DNA from: Schmidtea polychroa
Taxonomy: Eukaryota
DNA length: 64,000 nucleotides
Reading direction: 5' to 3'
Assembly (NCBI GenBank): GCA_044892525.1
Contig: CM097885.1
Span: 236,408,001-236,472,000, forward strand
This document shows positions 61,501-64,000 of this stretch, piece by piece (positions within the stretch are counted from its first letter, which is position 1; each line of letters begins with the position of its first letter). Under the pieces are notes generated by a model that saw only the letters and a list, made by a program, of their open reading frames with translations, made no database searches and was not told where the DNA came from. The position numbers were made by a program, and so were the translations under genes.

Positions 61501-62194
61501 AGTTGCAATTAACTCTTCTTACTCGCTTCTAACTTCTGTGTCTTCACTTGTCTTAGCTTGTCACATTTGCGGTACTTATGATAATTTTGTTTTCCATTTT
61601 TTTTCTCTGTATTCCCTTCTATTTCAGCCTTATCTCTGACAGATGTCGAGATATACCCTGTTTTTCCTCTTTGTGTTATGCCGACTTTACCTGCCATTTC
61701 GATATCTTTGACAAGCTGTCAAGATACGGATTTTCCCATGTTTTTTTCTGGAATTTTAAATTCCTCCTTCGTTTGCACTTCTTAATTAACAATGACCTCT
61801 GTTTTAATTTCCTGTTTGTTTTCTTTTATTTGATTTATCTTTCTCATTTTTCATTTCTTTTTACTCCCACTTTCTTCTCCGAATTCCCATAGATCGTCCC
61901 GTTTGTCATGACGATCTCCCCCATCCAGGTAATTTACATATTTATTATATTACTTGCTATTTTGGCATCCTCAACAAATTTATAGATTTTATTAAACCAT
62001 CTAATAACTTCCAATTATAAAATATTGAACCACAAGAAATTCCATTTCAAGAGCCGATACCAAAGTCGAATGAATGCCAATAAATAAAATCAGATAAATT
62101 ATTTAGAATGAATTCAGAATTTGTTAAATGGAATTTCGATAATATTAATGTCATTGAACTGAAACAAGTTCATTTTACTAAATTACTAAATTAC

Positions 62195-63075
62195 TAGAGA
62201 ATCCAATCCAATTATCAATTAACCGGATAATCGAATATTTTTAGAAGTTTTCGATTAACCGAATAATAGTCTTTTTTAACGGTTACTTGATTTTTTTATA
62301 GTTGAAGCAACGAAAATTTATTCAAATAAAAAACAGACGTATATTTTTAATATTTTTTATTTAACCAAGTAGGATTCTGCAATAAATGTTTCTATGGCAA
62401 CAATGTGTTATATAGTGGTTTTCATGACAATATTCATAGATTTTTTTGATTTTGTTAGCGTTATTTTATTTGTTCTTATTTATTTAATTTAGTTTTGTAT
62501 TATTACTGCTACGTGTTTGTGGTTAACAACATTATACATATTAATCATTAATTAATCAATACTCATATTAAATGTCGAATCAAAAGTCATTAGTTTGGCC
62601 ATATTTTACAAAGCTGTCGAAATATAAATATGATACTTGTGGGCAAATAATACAATGTAGTGGTGGAACAACCACTGAAATTATGAATCATTTAAAGATT
62701 CATGACATCAATCTTCAAAAAAGAAATTTATCTGATGAAGTTGGAAATGACAAATCATCTTCAAAAATTAAACCTTTTAAAATTTGTTAATAGAGAATTA
62801 TAAAATGAAATTCTCGCAAAATACGCTGCAAAAGATGGGATTTCTTTCCAGGCTATATCAAAATGTGAAGCAATAATAGGCTTTGTAAGAAATAGAAACC
62901 TAAATATGCCAAACAGTGCAACAACTGTAAAAAAATGTAATGGATTTTTATGATGAAAAAATTGCCGAAGTCCAGAAAGAATTACAAATTTTGAAAAAAG
63001 ATGGCTGTAAATTTAGCATTACAGTCGATAAATGTACTGATAATCGCGTAAGAAGATTTATGAATGTCACAATTT
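62195..63075 (+). mobile_element. 5' fragment of a hAT element (BED finger to first catalytic strand)
   Basis: Subterminal taaccg repeats; SLVWPYF...CGQIIQCSGGTTTEIMNHLKIH; FSITVDKCT...RRFMNVT; disrupted and truncated. Confidence 0.65.
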
Positions 63076-63357
63076 AGTAAATTACATAAACAGAATTACT
63101 ATACATTTGTTTTTACCACTTATTAGTTATCTAGTTATTTGTGATTAATTTTGAATAAATTTCCGATAGTAATTGCATAATCATAGAAAGTTCCTGAGAT
63201 GTTTCAGACAATTAGGCTGTCTCACTTTTATAATTAGTTTTTGTCATTGATTATTTGTGACTCTGAAACTTCAATCCAAGAACTACAAACTTGCAATTAT
63301 TTCTTTCTTGTGCTCCACAAACGTCTTTGAAAAAATCAGGATATTGACTATGTAAAC

Positions 63358-63603
63358 CAGTGGTGGCCAACCCAAATCAATCGAAGGGCCAATTTTCGGA
63401 AAAATACTATCACGTGCCACAATAAATTCATTTAAATAAATATAACTCGTTTATACGATTCAAGTAAACTTAGAATCAATTTTTTAAATTAAAAACATGC
63501 TTAATTCGAATATGAATTCTAAAAGACAATTATTGATTTGATGTTTAAAATTGTGTCCGGGCCACATCCAAACGCTTCGCGGGCCACCGGTTGGCCATGG
63601 CTG
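63358..63603. mobile_element. hAT (Charlie/Buster-type) MITE
   Basis: Ends cagtggtggccaacc / ggttggccatggctg; perfect TSD atgtaaac (63350-63357, 63604-63611). Confidence 0.88.
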
Positions 63604-64000
63604 ATGTAAACCAATGTTTAATTCCACATTATATCACTAATTATCAATGACATGTGCTTTTGGAAGGTTGATGTTGCAGTAGCCCTTCTATAAAGCCTAT
63701 AAATCCTATAAATGCAAAATCGCTTTTTTAAATTTACTTTCCTCATCAAATACAACTTGATAATAAGCATTTCCCAAATCAATCGATGAAAAATATTCAT
63801 GAAAAATTAAGAATTGATAAAAATTGATAATGACAATAAACAATAAATAGAACAAAAACTATTTAAAATACTTTTCTGTATTCTTAACTGTTGAAACTTC
63901 TGAAGATTCACTTTCCAGAGTCGAGAGAAAATCTCCATTATTTTCATTATCTATAAAAGGTGATTAAATTAGAAAATCAATAAAATATTCTTACAATTCT

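Noticed and set aside
61489..61897. Pyrimidine-rich 400-bp segment flanked by atagatcgt repeats, possibly a gag relic
   Set aside because: There is only a vague zinc-knuckle resemblance and the 9-bp repeat may be chance, so it cannot be classified.

Overview
This is a very AT-rich eukaryotic (animal-like) window with short introns, and most of it is nested mobile DNA. A minus-strand theta-class glutathione S-transferase gene (4 exons, about 232 aa) has a ~45.9-kb third intron (7530-53468). That intron holds a decayed Polinton/Maverick (ATPase, integrase, minor and major capsid proteins, adenain, pPolB). The Polinton is interrupted by an intact Buster hAT, a young Ty3/Gypsy element and two more hAT elements; nearby is a Tip100-type hAT carrying a piggyBac. 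The most striking feature is a 14.1-kb, essentially non-coding palindrome (21269-35356; ~6.7-kb inverted arms around a ~650-bp spacer) inserted in the Gypsy integrase. It has Polinton-type AGTAG...CTACT ends and a 6-bp target duplication, and its centre matches the non-coding region upstream of a second Polinton pPolB at the window start. It looks like a giant non-autonomous fold-back Polinton derivative. Both pPolB genes appear to be spliced at the same Cys codon. A partial CAP-Gly gene, MITEs, a Helitron-like element, and mariner and hAT relics make up the rest. All calls come from reading the sequence by eye; no searches were run.
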